A program made the translations under genes and the position numbers. A DNA stretch of 63,653 nt, counting the filler, from Asterionella formosa (lineage: Eukaryota): NCBI GenBank assembly GCA_002256025.1. It is 22 parts of 22 records of this genome, joined end to end, with 100 filler letters (N's around TTAATTAATTAA, not from the genome) between each part and the next. Parts side by side here need not be neighbours in the genome. Positions count along the whole stretch, not along the records: positions 49,298 to 52,092 come from NKIB01014817.1; positions 52,193 to 54,977 come from NKIB01014818.1; positions 55,078 to 57,870 come from NKIB01014819.1; positions 57,971 to 60,762 come from NKIB01014820.1; positions 60,863 to 63,653 come from NKIB01014821.1; 17 more parts are not named here. The stretch is one strand, 5' to 3'. The notes under the pieces are model-generated. The model saw only the letters and a program-made list of their open reading frames with translations. It ran no database searches and had not been told where the DNA came from. This document shows, piece after piece, positions 50,411 through 63,164 of this stretch. Position 1 is the stretch's first letter. Each line of letters starts with the position of its first letter.

Positions 50411-51148
50411 AGTACTTCAGCCATAACAGCATATTTCCGTATCTGTATAGTTAGGAGCTTAAATGTTCCATGTGTAAACATAATCCTTGATAGGTGTATC
50501 AAAATGTAACAAATCATTGTGCAAATGTTCTGTGCGTATCATTGTAGGAATGCATGACATGCAGAAAAACACTGATATATCCACCATACAGACAGGACAT
50601 GGTATTTGTAAATTATCCGTCATAAAATAATCAGCTGGACAAATGAGCAAACTCGCAGAATGTACTACGACCAGGTACTTCTGTTGCAAGATACAAGCTG
50701 ACGGATTAAATTTTGAGAGCATCATGCTGAGTACTGGCAAAGGAAGAAAAAAAAGGTGGGATTATACCTGCTATGCATGGTATATATTAATTATAAATGT
50801 TCGATTTACAACGAAATGTCCTGAAGTGCAATCCATTCATAAGTTAAAGATCAGGACCCACCGCGATCAAATAATATTCATCTTATGTCATGCATATACA
50901 ACGCAGCCACCAATGCTTGGGTTGTTTATGACATGAGAATGAAATGCAATTAAGCTTTGCATTTTAAAATATCCCGTGTTAAAATAGCGGTGATATCCAA
51001 CCTGTAATTATCCTGTAAATAACAAAAGTTATTCAGGTAATGATTGACGTAAGACATATTCAATGTGCTGTCGCTCATAAATATATCTATATGTATATTA
51101 TTAAAATCATAGCATTGTTGCTTTTGTCGCACATACTTCTGTTAAGGC

Positions 51149-51336
51149 GATATGTTCAGCATTCTGCTGGTTTTTTTATTAGGTACATCGGCCACTAACT
51201 GACCAACAGGAGGGTTCATGACCACTAAAATTTCCTGGGCAGATATGTTCAGCATTCTGCTGGTTTTTTATTAGGCACATCGGCCACTAACTGACCAACA
51301 GGAGGGTTCATGACCACTAAAATTTCCTGGGCAGAT
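51149..51336 (+). repeat. Tandem duplication, 2 x 93 bp
   Basis: Near-identical units start at 51149 and 51242. Confidence 0.9.
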
Positions 51337-52192
51337 TCATAATTGTCGGCAGGTATGGTCATCGGCACAGTACCCTAACCAGACATCATCATAGGGTTAA
51401 CCCATGGATTTGCTTGTATAAAACATGCACGGAAGAAAACATGAATAGAGTACCGGTAAGCTGTGTTAGTATGAAAATTTGCTCCGCGTAGAATTTCTAC
51501 GCCAGCCAGGAGAGGAACAGGAACCGGATTCCGAACAGGAACAAGGTTAGTAGTGTTAGTAATGTTAACTCCATGAACCTTATGTTTGACCGTTGTTTCA
51601 TATTCCATGCGTGGTCGGTTGCATTAAGATGCATGTGCCCTGTCATTGCCACTGAGTATAAAATTATTATGTACAAATTTACGCTTGAAATGGTGGTTGT
51701 ATTCTTGATACATCACAGGACTGCATATAGCAATGCGAAGACGATCTTTTGTTAAAATTGACACCAGTCACGCTTATTTTCTTGATGCGTCATGGAATTT
51801 TCTTCAACTTCAACTATTCATTTACGATTTTTTGTTAGAAAATTGACACCAGGCACGCGCGTTCTCTCGAAGTAACACGATTGCCTTCAGCGATGCGAAG
51901 TCGATTTTGGCTTATGGTAGAACTCATGCTTGAGGATGTGCTTGAGTTGATCTTTGAATGATAGTTGACTCTCGAAGTAAGTCAAAACCAAGCGAATCAA
52001 TTTTTTTTGTTCTTTTCATTGTTCCACTCAAACACTTGTTGCCACGCATTGTTGATCAAGCAAAATGACAATCAACCTCAAATCTTCCTTGGNNNNNNNN
52101 NNNNNNNNNNNNNNNNNNNNNNNNNNNNNNNNNNNNTTAATTAATTAANNNNNNNNNNNNNNNNNNNNNNNNNNNNNNNNNNNNNNNNNNNN

Positions 52193-52290
52193 TTGTCAAT
52201 AAGTAACATCTCCAGTCATTTGTCAATAAGTAAACATCTCCAGTCCAGTCATTTGTCAATAAGTAAACATCTCCAGTCATTTGTCAATAA
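52193..52290 (+). repeat. ~28-bp tandem repeat (TTGTCAATAAGTAAACATCTCCAGTCAT), about 3.3 copies at the contig start
   Basis: Direct reading. There are no unique spacers. Confidence 0.9.
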
Positions 52291-52640
52291 ATGTCGAAAT
52301 GTTTTGGGTCTTGGTTTCTAATTACTACTAAGAATATTGATTCTCGATTCGTTGGATTCCATATATTTTATCAACAATGAACGTGGTTTCTGCATGATTC
52401 ATAGTGTTTCCGCACTATCAAATCAGCATACTAGTATCCTGGATAGCGACCAAATAAATCAACAATAAAATAGCATCACTACGGGAGGCAAGGGTTTTTC
52501 GTCTTCCTACCTGCATGCTCTTTGTGATGCTCCATTGAGCAGCACATATTTTCCCCAATGAATGCATTCTTGGAAGGTAGACAAGAGTGAAGGATGGCAG
52601 TTGTTTAAAGCTGGCTCTATTGATATATTAACTTTAGCGT

Positions 52641-53546
52641 TCATTTTAACCCTGCAGCTTTTTCCACCATTTTCATAGCAAAGGTCATGATTATTAAAAG
52701 CACCAAAAGTGTCATGCCTGTCTGCAAGGCTCCCCACCATTCCTTGTTGGTAATACTGGTACTTTCCTCATGGATTGCTTCTTGCAGTGCGTCATACGCG
52801 TTGACGAGATCACTGCTCTCATCTTTCGCTGTAAGTTCGTCGAAGAGTGATATCTCGGTTTGTTTCGTCTGCTTCTTCTTGATTTTCTTCTTCTTTTTTG
52901 GTTTGATTTTGCTTGTAACTCCTCCTGATATCGAAGTGATCACACTATCTTTCATGGACGGTATGTCAACGTTGCTTGGCAATTCTTCGCAAGAATTGAC
53001 AATGACTTCATCCCCTTCACTTGAAAAAATCCGTGGTCCTTCGTGGTCCTCCCCTTCCTCCGTACCTCGAGGGACACTGTCAGGGGCTGCTTGAAACGGA
53101 TCAACACGTTCCTTGGCTGCCTCAAACTGTGTAAGATCTGTTCCGTCAATAAGATGATCAATGGCTTGCTCCTCTTCTATCGAAAAAGGTATTTCGATTG
53201 ATGTGTCTCCTCCTTGTGTGCTGCCCTCGAGGTGGTGTACTTGGCCTCGTTCCTCCTTCGCCCCCGATTGTTGCTGGCTGTTGGACCCCCTGCGTATTGA
53301 TAGTTTATCTCGCCGTTGTCGCTCTCGTCGAATACGTAATAGCTGTTGCTTCACCTGCATGAACGAATCAGTTGTTTCGCCTTCCATCTCTTGCCGCATC
53401 CGCTGGACGTCCTCCTCAAAGGCATGTAAGAACTGCCGATTGTCGTACGATGTATTGTCTAAATGAGTAGAGGACGACGAGGAAACTCGTTTTACAACGA
53501 TCCCAACAAGAAGCTGGAGTAAGAATCTTATTCTAGTCAGAGGCAT
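52641..53546 (-). CDS. Hypothetical type-I membrane protein, 301 aa
   Basis: Intact ATG-to-stop ORF with a signal-peptide-like N-terminus, a coiled-coil and acidic middle, a poly-Lys patch and a C-terminal hydrophobic helix. Confidence 0.75.
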   Translation of the reverse strand: MPLTRIRFLLQLLVGIVVKRVSSSSSTHLDNTSYDNRQFLHAFEEDVQRMRQEMEGETTDSFMQVKQQLLRIRRERQRRDKLSIRRGSNSQQQSGAKEERGQVHHLEGSTQGGDTSIEIPFSIEEEQAIDHLIDGTDLTQFEAAKERVDPFQAAPDSVPRGTEEGEDHEGPRIFSSEGDEVIVNSCEELPSNVDIPSMKDSVITSISGGVTSKIKPKKKKKIKKKQTKQTEISLFDELTAKDESSDLVNAYDALQEAIHEESTSITNKEWWGALQTGMTLLVLLIIMTFAMKMVEKAAGLK

Positions 53547-53963
53547 GGTTTAGCTTGTATAAAGGAGCTGCGAGAGGTGCAGATTATAAGATATCAATTC
53601 AATGCACACCAGTTCGTTCGACTTTTTATTGTTTGGCCGAATCCTCTGGTTGCTTATATTATTAAAAAATATATGCAAGTATATTTATATTTGTGTATAT
53701 GGCTATGTAAGATACCAGTATGCATTTCGACAATAACAACAGCATCCGCCCACTAAAGTGGGTACCAGGTACCAGGGTACCAATAAGTTCATGTTGTCAC
53801 AATATATGAGTATTTTTTGAAGTGTGCGTACCTGGTACCTGTATTCTACATGCTACCTGCTACCTAGTACCAGGTACACCAGGCCATCATACATAAACGT
53901 GGTACCAGGTACCTTGGTATGAATCCACCATACCTGGTACCTGGTACTAGGTACTCCTGTGTG

Positions 53964-54977
53964 TGTTGAGAGGGAGAAACGCTTGCAACGGATGCCAGCG
54001 GCAGCTACATTAACAAGGAACTGAGATTCTAAAGTAGTATTTAACTAGCTGTAGAGGGACCAGTACTCACGGGAATTAAGCACTTACAGGAATCTTGGTA
54101 GGATATACGGAGTAACCGGTATATGGTACCAACACCCCCGAAAATTCCCATGAGACGGGACAATAATATTGCGGAGGCGGAGAAAATGGGCATCATCTTT
54201 ATGTTCTTTGGTGAACAGATCAGCAACATTGGTATCCCCTGGGAGGTGGGTGACAAAGATTTCGGAAAAACGGTGAGCGTCGCGCACAGCCATGTTGCGG
54301 ATATTAATATGCCGCATCTTTTTGTTAGCACAGTTGTGGGACCAGTCCACAGCACCTCGGTTGTCATTCCAAAGAGGGGTGGGGAGAGTGACATCAGGCA
54401 TGTGGAGGTCACTAAGGATATGGCGGATGAATTGGGTAACCTTGGTGCCCTCATCTGCAGATTTGATTTCAGATTCGCAGGTACTGCGGCTCACACGAGG
54501 TTCACGAATGACATGCCAGGCAATGGGGCCACCTGTACGTGTACTGATGGAACCAAGAAGGGAGCAACACTCGGCAAGAGAGATGATGTCGGTGGGGTTG
54601 GGTTTGGAAGCATCTTGGGGGCCCCAGTTGGCATCGGTGTAAGTGGTGAGAGTGGGAGTGTCCTTGGGCCAGCCAAAGGTGGTGGAGAGGTATGAGGAAG
54701 CAAATTGCGAGGTAAAGGCAATGCCATGATCGGCAGAGCCAGCCAGGTATCGTAACACATACTTGGCACCTAAAAGGTGAGCAGGGGTGGCATAGGAGTT
54801 GTGCTGAGCCAGGAGAGTGAGGGCCACAGAGACATCAGGACGTGTGCTGACAGCCAGCCAATTGAGAGCCCCAATGAGTGACTGGTATTGTGTAATAATG
54901 GCCGCGCGAGCTTTGGGGGAAAGTTCAGCACCATCAGGCACAATGCGGTCATAGACCAGGCCAGAGCGATAAGGGGT
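53964..54977 (-). mobile_element. pol: Ty1/Copia (CoDi-like) 3' end: RT C-terminus and RNase H, PPT and 171-bp LTR (54134-53964)
   Basis: TPYRSG, YQSLIGALNWL..STRPD, YTDANWG, SRSTCESEI, NDN and ADLFTKE are all in one open frame. CGGGGG precedes TGTTGG...CTCAACA. Confidence 0.93.
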
Positions 54978-56520
54978 NNNNNNNNNNNNNNNNNNNNNNN
55001 NNNNNNNNNNNNNNNNNNNNNTTAATTAATTAANNNNNNNNNNNNNNNNNNNNNNNNNNNNNNNNNNNNNNNNNNNNCATGAGTAATCTATACTTAGTCA
55101 GTCTCAAAGTCAGCATTGAACTTGAAATAAATAAACTAAGAGTGGACTATAATCCCCGATGTCTTGCACATCATGGGTACTCTGGCTAGGTGACTAGAAA
55201 GGTTTACAATGACATACAGGGCTCACATCATCATTTTTTCAAGCCCAGCTCAACCAAGCGATCGAAAATAGATTAAAAAACTTTTTAGCTCACTCGTTTT
55301 AATCGTTCAACTCTGTTTGTTACCTCTGAAATTGTTTAGGATTGATCGCCTTGATAGCATATGGCTGATATTTCCATTTTGGGTTGCTGTTGGCATTTGT
55401 TGCAGCAAAAGCAACTTTGTCAGGAACACTGCCCAACGCTGACCACCACGATATATGCGACCCTCATTCCAACAATATCATCTCAGGAGCATTCATTTCA
55501 ACTTGTATGTGTTAATGATTACTTAGAGATCCTGTTTTGACAATTTACCATTGTTCAATTGTCAAAACTCATCATTTTCCTGCATACACATCATCTTGCA
55601 GAATTTTCTAAGTCTTTCTTTAGCATTTGCTGGATTGTCAGTTCTTAGCAGAAAACCCACTGTTTTTTGGGTTAGTGCATTGGTCCATACACTCCGTCTC
55701 AGGATAATGGCCAAGGAAACAAGAAAACAACTGCCTTTTGACAGGGATGCCGTCAATGAGAACCTGGCTTGGCGCATCCCTCTTGTCCTTAGAATTTGCG
55801 TTCAATACAGATGCAGCTTGGCCATCAGAGCGACAAGGAACCGAATATTTGCAGTTGGTTTCTTGTTAGTTGGAAGCAATTGTCAATTTGGCTGACCACT
55901 TGGAACTGACAGACACAACACACACACACATACAGGAAGCTTATACCATTGATGAATTGGATATTTTATACTTGAATGAGAAAAGGATGACCATCATGAT
56001 TGAACTCTTGCTAAATGTGAGACTCTAGAGGCTGCCTTACTTGTAATGTTTCCCTTGTCTTGTCTGCAGACTTGTTCTGTTTTATGGCCTTTTTAATGAC
56101 AAGGTCATTGACAGGCACAACCATACCTTGTTGGATTTCCACTGTGGGTAATTACATTCCAAGTGAAAAGACAATGTGGCATAAAGTACTACAATGCCTT
56201 TTTTGCAGTGATAGTTAATGGAATAATACTGGCCAAGTGTTTGGTTATCATCCTTGTTTTCCCCATGCTCCTCTACACTAAACTCACAACTTGTAGTACT
56301 ATCATTGGCTATTTGCCATAACCTCTGTACAACATCATGGAAATAAGTACATTTTTGTAAGCATGGGAATGTGTTAGTTCATTTACTCTCCTGGTCAACA
56401 TTGCTTGTTGCCATGCTGATGTTTAATTGTACTGATGTTTAAGTTTATTTTAATTTATGATGTTTTACCAGTAGTATAATCCCTCAACATAACACAACAC
56501 AGCCAGTGCACCAGGTACAC

Positions 56521-56568
56521 AGGTACAGGTACAGGTACAGGTACAGGTACAGGTACAGGTACAGGTAC
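56521..56568 (+). repeat. (AGGTAC)8 microsatellite within a GGTACC-rich patch
   Basis: Direct reading. Confidence 0.95.
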
Positions 56569-57037
56569 GAGTCGTGCCCAAAAGTACTCACCAGCTACCA
56601 GTAGCAGTACTCTAGGAACCCTGGTACCTGGTACTGGTGCAACTACCGGTACTCCAGTACGAGGTACCAGATACCCCTGGTAGAATTTCTTGGACAATAC
56701 CATGGCATACTGCAGGGTTCCATCGGTCCGTTGGTAGAATATTCTACCAAAATGTGAAAAAAATTCTTCCCCCAGTACTACTGGGTAGAATTTTTGCCTT
56801 TCTCTATACCATATTTTCACCACGGTCAAGCAAGGGAGGAATACCGGACAGAATTGACCTGTCCAGAGTAGAATACAACGAACGCACCCGAAAATAAATC
56901 AACTCTCATCGCAACCTTTTATGGCCATACATATAGTCGTAGCTGTGTACTGCACTGGTAGTTAACTAGCCCCTTCGACAAAGCTCGCGATGTACATATA
57001 CCGGTACTTGAGTACAGGGTAGACTGGGTACCAGTAA

Positions 57038-57860
57038 AGAACTGCTGTGACCCACTGAGTTCTCCTATTCGTTTGATTAGTTCGACTAAACCTATTCCAT
57101 GTCTTGCGAGAATCAAACTTGCATGTCTTGTTAACCAAAGGAGTCATCAAGTTGTGGATCTGTCGATATTCTCATTAAAGGTCGAGGTGCTGAGATACGA
57201 ACCCTTTTATGTGGACAAAATTTGCCGGTAATGGGTCACAGCCGTACTTAAATTTTTATCTATAGTTGAATATAATTTTATATACCATTACGATCACGGA
57301 TTACCCCGTTTGGTTTTCGAAAAATTATTTTTAAGAAGAATTTTCGTATCCAGATTTATCCGAGTACCTGCTGTACCAGGATACCGGTACATCACAATCA
57401 CACACAAATGCATTCAGCCGTCAACACATACCGGTATGTACCGGTTTCGGTGCACACTTTCTTCGCATTGTTGTACGGGGGCTGATGGTATGTGGGTTGA
57501 CCTTGGCGCGCCCGTTTATGCATGCTGAAATTACTCAATCAATGTCAGGGGATAGGGATATGTTTATGACAAGAATCATAGGCAAAATAAATCGCATGCG
57601 ATATTTTTGTATTTAGTTGCGTATATCACAAAACAATGAATCCTTAAAACATGGGGTAATCCGTGTTCTGGCAATAATTTCGTCGATTGCACTTTTCAAC
57701 CAATATTTTAGGAGAAACAAATTGCTATAAACTTAAATCTAATGGCATATCCTTAAAGCGTAGATGGTCAGGATTTGGGTCGAAGTTTTAAAATTAACAT
57801 ATTGGCATTTGGTGGGGTCAAACCGTGTTTTTCTCCTGTTCAGTGGGTCACAGCGGTTCC
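57038..57860. mobile_element. MITE-like element with ~21-bp TIRs
   Basis: AGAACTGCTGTGACCCACTGA versus TCAGTGGGTCACAGCGGTTCC. Internal inverted repeat CACGGATTACCCC (57295) / GGGGTAATCCGTG (~57653). TSD unclear. Confidence 0.75.
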
Positions 57861-57988
57861 AATTTTTTTTNNNNNNNNNNNNNNNNNNNNNNNNNNNNNN
57901 NNNNNNNNNNNNNNTTAATTAATTAANNNNNNNNNNNNNNNNNNNNNNNNNNNNNNNNNNNNNNNNNNNNGATCGTTTATTTTTTTTT

Positions 57989-59155
57989 TCATGTCGCTCT
58001 TTCGTTTTGAAGTGTTATTGCTGTTGGTCGATCAATTGGGGAAATGAACGGTGATACAGAGGATACTGGGGGTGCATCTGGAGGAAGTTTTGCCGTTGTT
58101 GGTCGATCCATTGGGGATAGAAACAGTGATACCTTCGATACTGGTGGTGCATCTGGAGGAAGTGTTGCTGCTGTCGGTCGATCAATTGGGGCTATGAACG
58201 GTGATAGGGTGTATACTCGGGGTGCATCTGGAGGAGGAAAGGGCGCTGACTGAGAAGTTACTCCGTCATTTATTTTAGTCGGGGTGGTAGGGAGTTGAGG
58301 TTTCTCTGTGACTATGGTTTCACCCGTGTTTTGAGATGAAAGCATTTCTGTAGGGCCTACTGTTGGAGCCTTGTGTGGTGTTGACACAGAGGAAGGGGAC
58401 GTACTAGGAACGGAAGTCAGCTGAGCGGCTACTACGACATGAGTTGGATAATTTGACGGCAAATCTGTAATTGCTGCAGTAGGGCTTACTGTTGGAGGGG
58501 TGTACTTCATCGGTGCAGAAGAAGGGTATGTAGTAGGAAAGGAAGACGGCTGAGCGGTTATCACGACATTCGTTGGAGATTGGGACAGCAAATCTGTTAG
58601 TATTGCACTTGGCCTTACAGTTGGAGGTGTGGTTTGCGTCGTCTTATTTGAAGGGGAATCACTAGGAAAGGAAGTTTGCTTAGGGGATGCCACAATATTC
58701 GTTGGCGAATGCGACGGCAAATATGTCAGTGCTCCACTCGGGGTTATGGTTGGAGGTGTGTATTGCGTCCATGCAGAAGAAGGGAAATCACTAGGAAAGG
58801 AAGTTTGCGAAGGGGTTGTCACAACATTCGTTGGAAAATGGGACGGCGCATCTGTCAGAGCTGCAATAGGGGTTACTGTTGGTAGTGTGTGAGTTGGAGG
58901 AGAAGAAGGGGAATCACTAGGAAAGGAAGTTGGCGTATGGGTTGCAACAACTTTTGTTGGAGGATTGGACAACAGATCTGCCAGTGCTGCATTATGGGTC
59001 ACTATAGGAGGTATGTATTGCGTTGGCGCAGAAGAAGGGGAATCACTAGGAAATGAGGACGGCGGAGGGGTTGCCATGATATATGTTGGTGAAGGCGTTT
59101 CTGCCGACGTGGTTGCCAATGCAACTGCAATAAGAACAAATGTGAATTTGAACAT
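57989..59155 (-). CDS. Secreted Pro/Thr/Ser-rich mucin-like protein
   Basis: Signal peptide MFKFTFVLIAVALATTSA, five and a half 42-43-aa SFPSDSPS... repeats and three 25-aa PPDAP...PIDRPTA repeats. Confidence 0.85.
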   Translation of the reverse strand: MFKFTFVLIAVALATTSAETPSPTYIMATPPPSSFPSDSPSSAPTQYIPPIVTHNAALADLLSNPPTKVVATHTPTSFPSDSPSSPPTHTLPTVTPIAALTDAPSHFPTNVVTTPSQTSFPSDFPSSAWTQYTPPTITPSGALTYLPSHSPTNIVASPKQTSFPSDSPSNKTTQTTPPTVRPSAILTDLLSQSPTNVVITAQPSSFPTTYPSSAPMKYTPPTVSPTAAITDLPSNYPTHVVVAAQLTSVPSTSPSSVSTPHKAPTVGPTEMLSSQNTGETIVTEKPQLPTTPTKINDGVTSQSAPFPPPDAPRVYTLSPFIAPIDRPTAATLPPDAPPVSKVSLFLSPMDRPTTAKLPPDAPPVSSVSPFISPIDRPTAITLQNERAT

Positions 59156-59262
59156 GATTGGCAACCTGCAAGGGTTCTGTCTGGAAAGTGCTGATACAAG
59201 AAATCAAGTAGTAACGATGATTGTTGTTCATACAAAGAAATAGATGTGGCTGCCTTTACGAA

Positions 59263-59425
59263 ACGACCACCACTTTCATGTGCACTGGCAACTTGGTTGA
59301 GATGAGTAATGAACAAAATGTTTCTGCTTTTGGATGTGTGTATTTTAGTCAAGTGTTGATGTCTTTTCTTAACGACCACCACTTTCATGTCCACTGACAA
59401 TAATTTGTTGAGATGAGTAATATTA
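59263..59425 (+). repeat. Diverged ~109-bp tandem duplication upstream of the mucin-like gene
   Basis: ACGACCACCACTTTCATGT.CACTG.CAA...GTTGAGATGAGTAAT occurs twice. Confidence 0.7.
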
Positions 59426-61200
59426 CTGGCAGGCAAAATGTGGCTGCTTGTGGGATGTGCCTGTATTTTAGTCAGATGATCTGCTACCAAGGTAGGCTGG
59501 TACCCGTGGTGTGTTTATAGCTCTCCATATTATGATTGCGCTTTTATCAATAGAATACTATATAGGTGCCCTCTACCGGTATGTGACACACATTTTGAGT
59601 GTTAATAAGTGCCGGGGACAGCGCATCCGACATGCGGATTATGGTGGAGGGACCATATTAATGAATCTATGCGCAAAATTCGGCCACCCATGAATCTCCA
59701 TCCGAGATTCATCCATGAATTTTTGTCACATCCTCAAGCCAAAAGTACTCGCATGTACAATGGTACCGGTACTCCTTTCCCGACAACCTGCTAACGGAAT
59801 ACCGGTACTAGGGTACCTGGTACCGGGTAAATCGTACTCCGTACCTGGTACCTGGTACCAGCCATAACCCCAAGAAGTATACTGGTACCTGGTACCTGCA
59901 ATTAGCGTTCATTTGGCTTAGATACACAATTTAATATAGGATAAAGATAGCTAATTGTTTGGTAGAGGTAACGGTACTCACTCAACAGTTGGAGCATCTC
60001 CACCGCATCGACCATATACCAAAGCCAATATCATGTTAGAAATATCAAAATAGGTCACTTGGGCACATGTGTATCGGTAGACTAATGCTAGTCGAAATTT
60101 ATTAACGTTTTTTCTCATATCATCGACCAAATCATCCTGAAGGCAATATACGCCCAAGGTGGTCTCTTGCCTGCGAGTACACATGTATGCTAGAAGGCAG
60201 GTAGCCGCCGAGAAGGCCATTGTTGAGGCAATTCCCGCTCTAGCTATCGTCGCGTCATTTGCTTACCTACTGCCCACAAATAAAGCATAAATGTCATATT
60301 ACATCTAAGCCGCGTATTACGTGAAGTGACCATCACGTAAAAAAGCCTAGTTGATTTTGAATGGATCACATGAATTAGTTGAATACATCAAAATGCTTAC
60401 TTGAATATATCTATATATTATCTGAATACATCACGTTCATTATTTGATCAGAGTATCATGCATGCATTCCTGATCATCACTATATTACGTGATCACCTTC
60501 ACATAATTATTTGAAATACTTCACATAATTATTTGAAATACTTCAATTAATTCTGTAATTCAGTTCACATTGCCTTAAATTTTTTTCACGTAATTCTATA
60601 ATATAGTTCACGTAATGTATTAAAAATTTACGTAATTTAAAAGTACTATCAAATAATGTTGATTACTAATTCAACTACCGGTATTTCACATTACATGGGA
60701 AACAAATCTCGATATGCAATCAAACAAAGCTGTTCTATCAGAATGGAATCTTCAGTCTTGAGNNNNNNNNNNNNNNNNNNNNNNNNNNNNNNNNNNNNNN
60801 NNNNNNTTAATTAATTAANNNNNNNNNNNNNNNNNNNNNNNNNNNNNNNNNNNNNNNNNNNNTGCTACCAAGTCGAACCAAATCTCCATCTTGGAAAAGA
60901 ATGGAGCTTTGTCACCAGCATCCATGAAGCCTAAACCAAGGGATTTTCAGGCAACTAGAGTCAGCAAAGAAAATATTTCAATTGGACTTCATACATTCTC
61001 CTGGAAGGTCAAAATCAGAGTGGTCCTTCCACGAAATACTGTGTTTGCGGAACATGTCAGGCTCTTCGAACCTATTCTAGAGAAGCTTTTGTTAGTCATG
61101 TTGGAGGCAGATGAAGCATTTAGACTCAACCACTTAAAGGAAAGTGATGGAGACATGCAAGTCCAGGAGTTGTTTAATCTTGACAACACGGCATGAGATC

Positions 61201-62000
61201 GGTATCGTACGCTAAGTGGCACAGGATTTTCGAATATATGATAATTTTTGGATCAAAACTATGATCAAGGAATCCTATAACTATAATGATTTATAAATAT
61301 TTTACCAACCTTGCTGAAAAATAATGATAATAAGAACATTATCATCACACAATGTATATAAACTGATCAACAACATTAATCATCATCATCATAAACCTTC
61401 TCATATTATTTTCAATTCTCGTGATTGCCCGATGTAAAATATAACTACAACGTATCCTAAAACCAGCTCAACTCTATGCTATCATGTGAATTATTTCATC
61501 GTAAATCTATCGTAAACATGATCATAATTCTAATCACAAGCATTGTAAAAAATAGATTGAAATGGATCATAATTTAACTATCATATTAAGCAATGCTATC
61601 TATTAATCTACATGCCAGCAACCCAACATTTCTCTCTCTACTTGGCTCAATGTATATTGTTCCTGTCCCACCCTCTTCTTCCTCTTTTCTGAACCTTGTG
61701 CCAAGCAATGCCTTACTAATGTTGTTTCTCTCTCCCTGCTGTTAGTGTCATTCTGAACTCGCCGACTATTCCGTTGTTTGATCGGTTTTATTGTCCTATG
61801 CAAATACAATAACCATGAGAAGGAATGACTTGTTAGCTGGACATGTTACACTGACACAACATCACGCCATTCCATTGTACCCTCTTGCTTGCTTCACTTA
61901 CCACAGCCAAATCAAAGCCAGTGATGCATAAGTCTGTAATAGTAACTTGTCAGTAAATTCTTGAATAAGTAAGTTTCGGGTATCCAATGTTGTTGAATAA
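61201..62000. repeat. TGATCA-rich repeat plus minus-strand decayed gene, collinear with 1147-1860
   Basis: Shared left end, shared splice donor GTG|GTAAGTGAAG (61901) and CAGCTAACAA branch site. Confidence 0.65.
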
Positions 62001-62886
62001 AACTTACCGGTACATTTTTGTCATCTTAACTTTGAGAGAAGGTAAACTTTTTGTTAGTTTTGTTCCAACAGAAGTGAATGGTTCCAACGAGCGACAAGAT
62101 CACTTACGAAATTTAGTTTTGTTTTACATTGGTGCTCCCCAACAAGAGAAACGAGCTGTTGAATCAACTGAGAAAAAAGGAAATGTGCGTTAAGTTAACA
62201 ATTTGTTGTTGTGCTGCCTGTCTCCCAACGATTGTCATCCAAGTAGCTACCACATTGATGGCTTCATTACCTTAAACATTCTCCATCCTTCGAAGGCGCA
62301 ATGTGTCGAAGCCACAATGTTTTTCGTTATGTATTGCGTAAACTTTCTTTTCTTGTCATGTGCTTTACAAGTACAATGTATCTTTTCATGAAGCAGCAGG
62401 CATTGTTTGTTAACATGACAGAACGATTTCAAAAATATATATGCCATGAATATAGTAATAAAATTTGTAAATATATGTATATATATATATATATTAAGTG
62501 TGATACATTTATAAAATTCAAAGGCGCTCTCAATATGGAACATCTGATATGGTTGAGATCATACTTGCATATACATAATTCGAAAATACTCAATGCACTA
62601 TATGTTCATTGTTTTCCACGACTACGTGTACCGGTATTATTTCTGAAATTGTTTTGCATCGATATTTTCTACGTCCGTTGAAACTAATTATTTAGACCAT
62701 TCAATTGGTATAAGTCATAACCGCCAGGGTTTTGGTAGCAAATTGTTTAAGACCCTTTTTTGGGTGGGAGCTCTTCATGTGTACTGGTACATCATATGAC
62801 AATAACAATATATCATATATATATACAGAGTACCAGTAGCAGGTAGTAAGATATACTGGGGGTAGTCGGAGTAGTAAACTAGCAAC

Positions 62887-63164
62887 AGAACACCATATGT
62901 TCAGGACTGTTGCTACTGCAGTGGGACAGTAAATCATCATAGTTTTAGGATCGTATGATCGAAAAACTAAAAACCAATAGAACGCCATATGTTCAGGACT
63001 GTTGCTACTGCAGTGGGACAGTAAATTATCATAGTTTTAGGATCATATGATCGTAAAACTAAAAACCAATAGAACACCATATGTTCAGGACTGTTGCTAC
63101 TGCATTGGGACAGTAAATCATCATAGTTTTAGGATTGTATGATTGTAAAACTAAAAACCAATAG
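62887..63164 (+). repeat. Tandem repeat, 3 x 92 bp
   Basis: Units start at 62887, 62979 and 63071. Confidence 0.92.

Noticed and set aside
52193..52290. CRISPR-like short repeats
   Set aside because: Head-to-tail tandem units with no unique spacers, no cas genes, and a eukaryotic context.
55078..56400. Possible old Copia or other coding remnant
   Set aside because: Too degenerate to support a call by eye.
56455..56829. ORF with a (VP)n repeat
   Set aside because: It is the translation of the (AGGTAC)n microsatellite and the GGTACC patch, not a credible protein.
2807..60862. Regularly spaced identical TTAATTAATTAA motifs resembling a repeat-spacer array
   Set aside because: They are artificial N-padded six-frame-stop linkers. 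ORFs containing X runs and any cross-linker synteny are artefacts.
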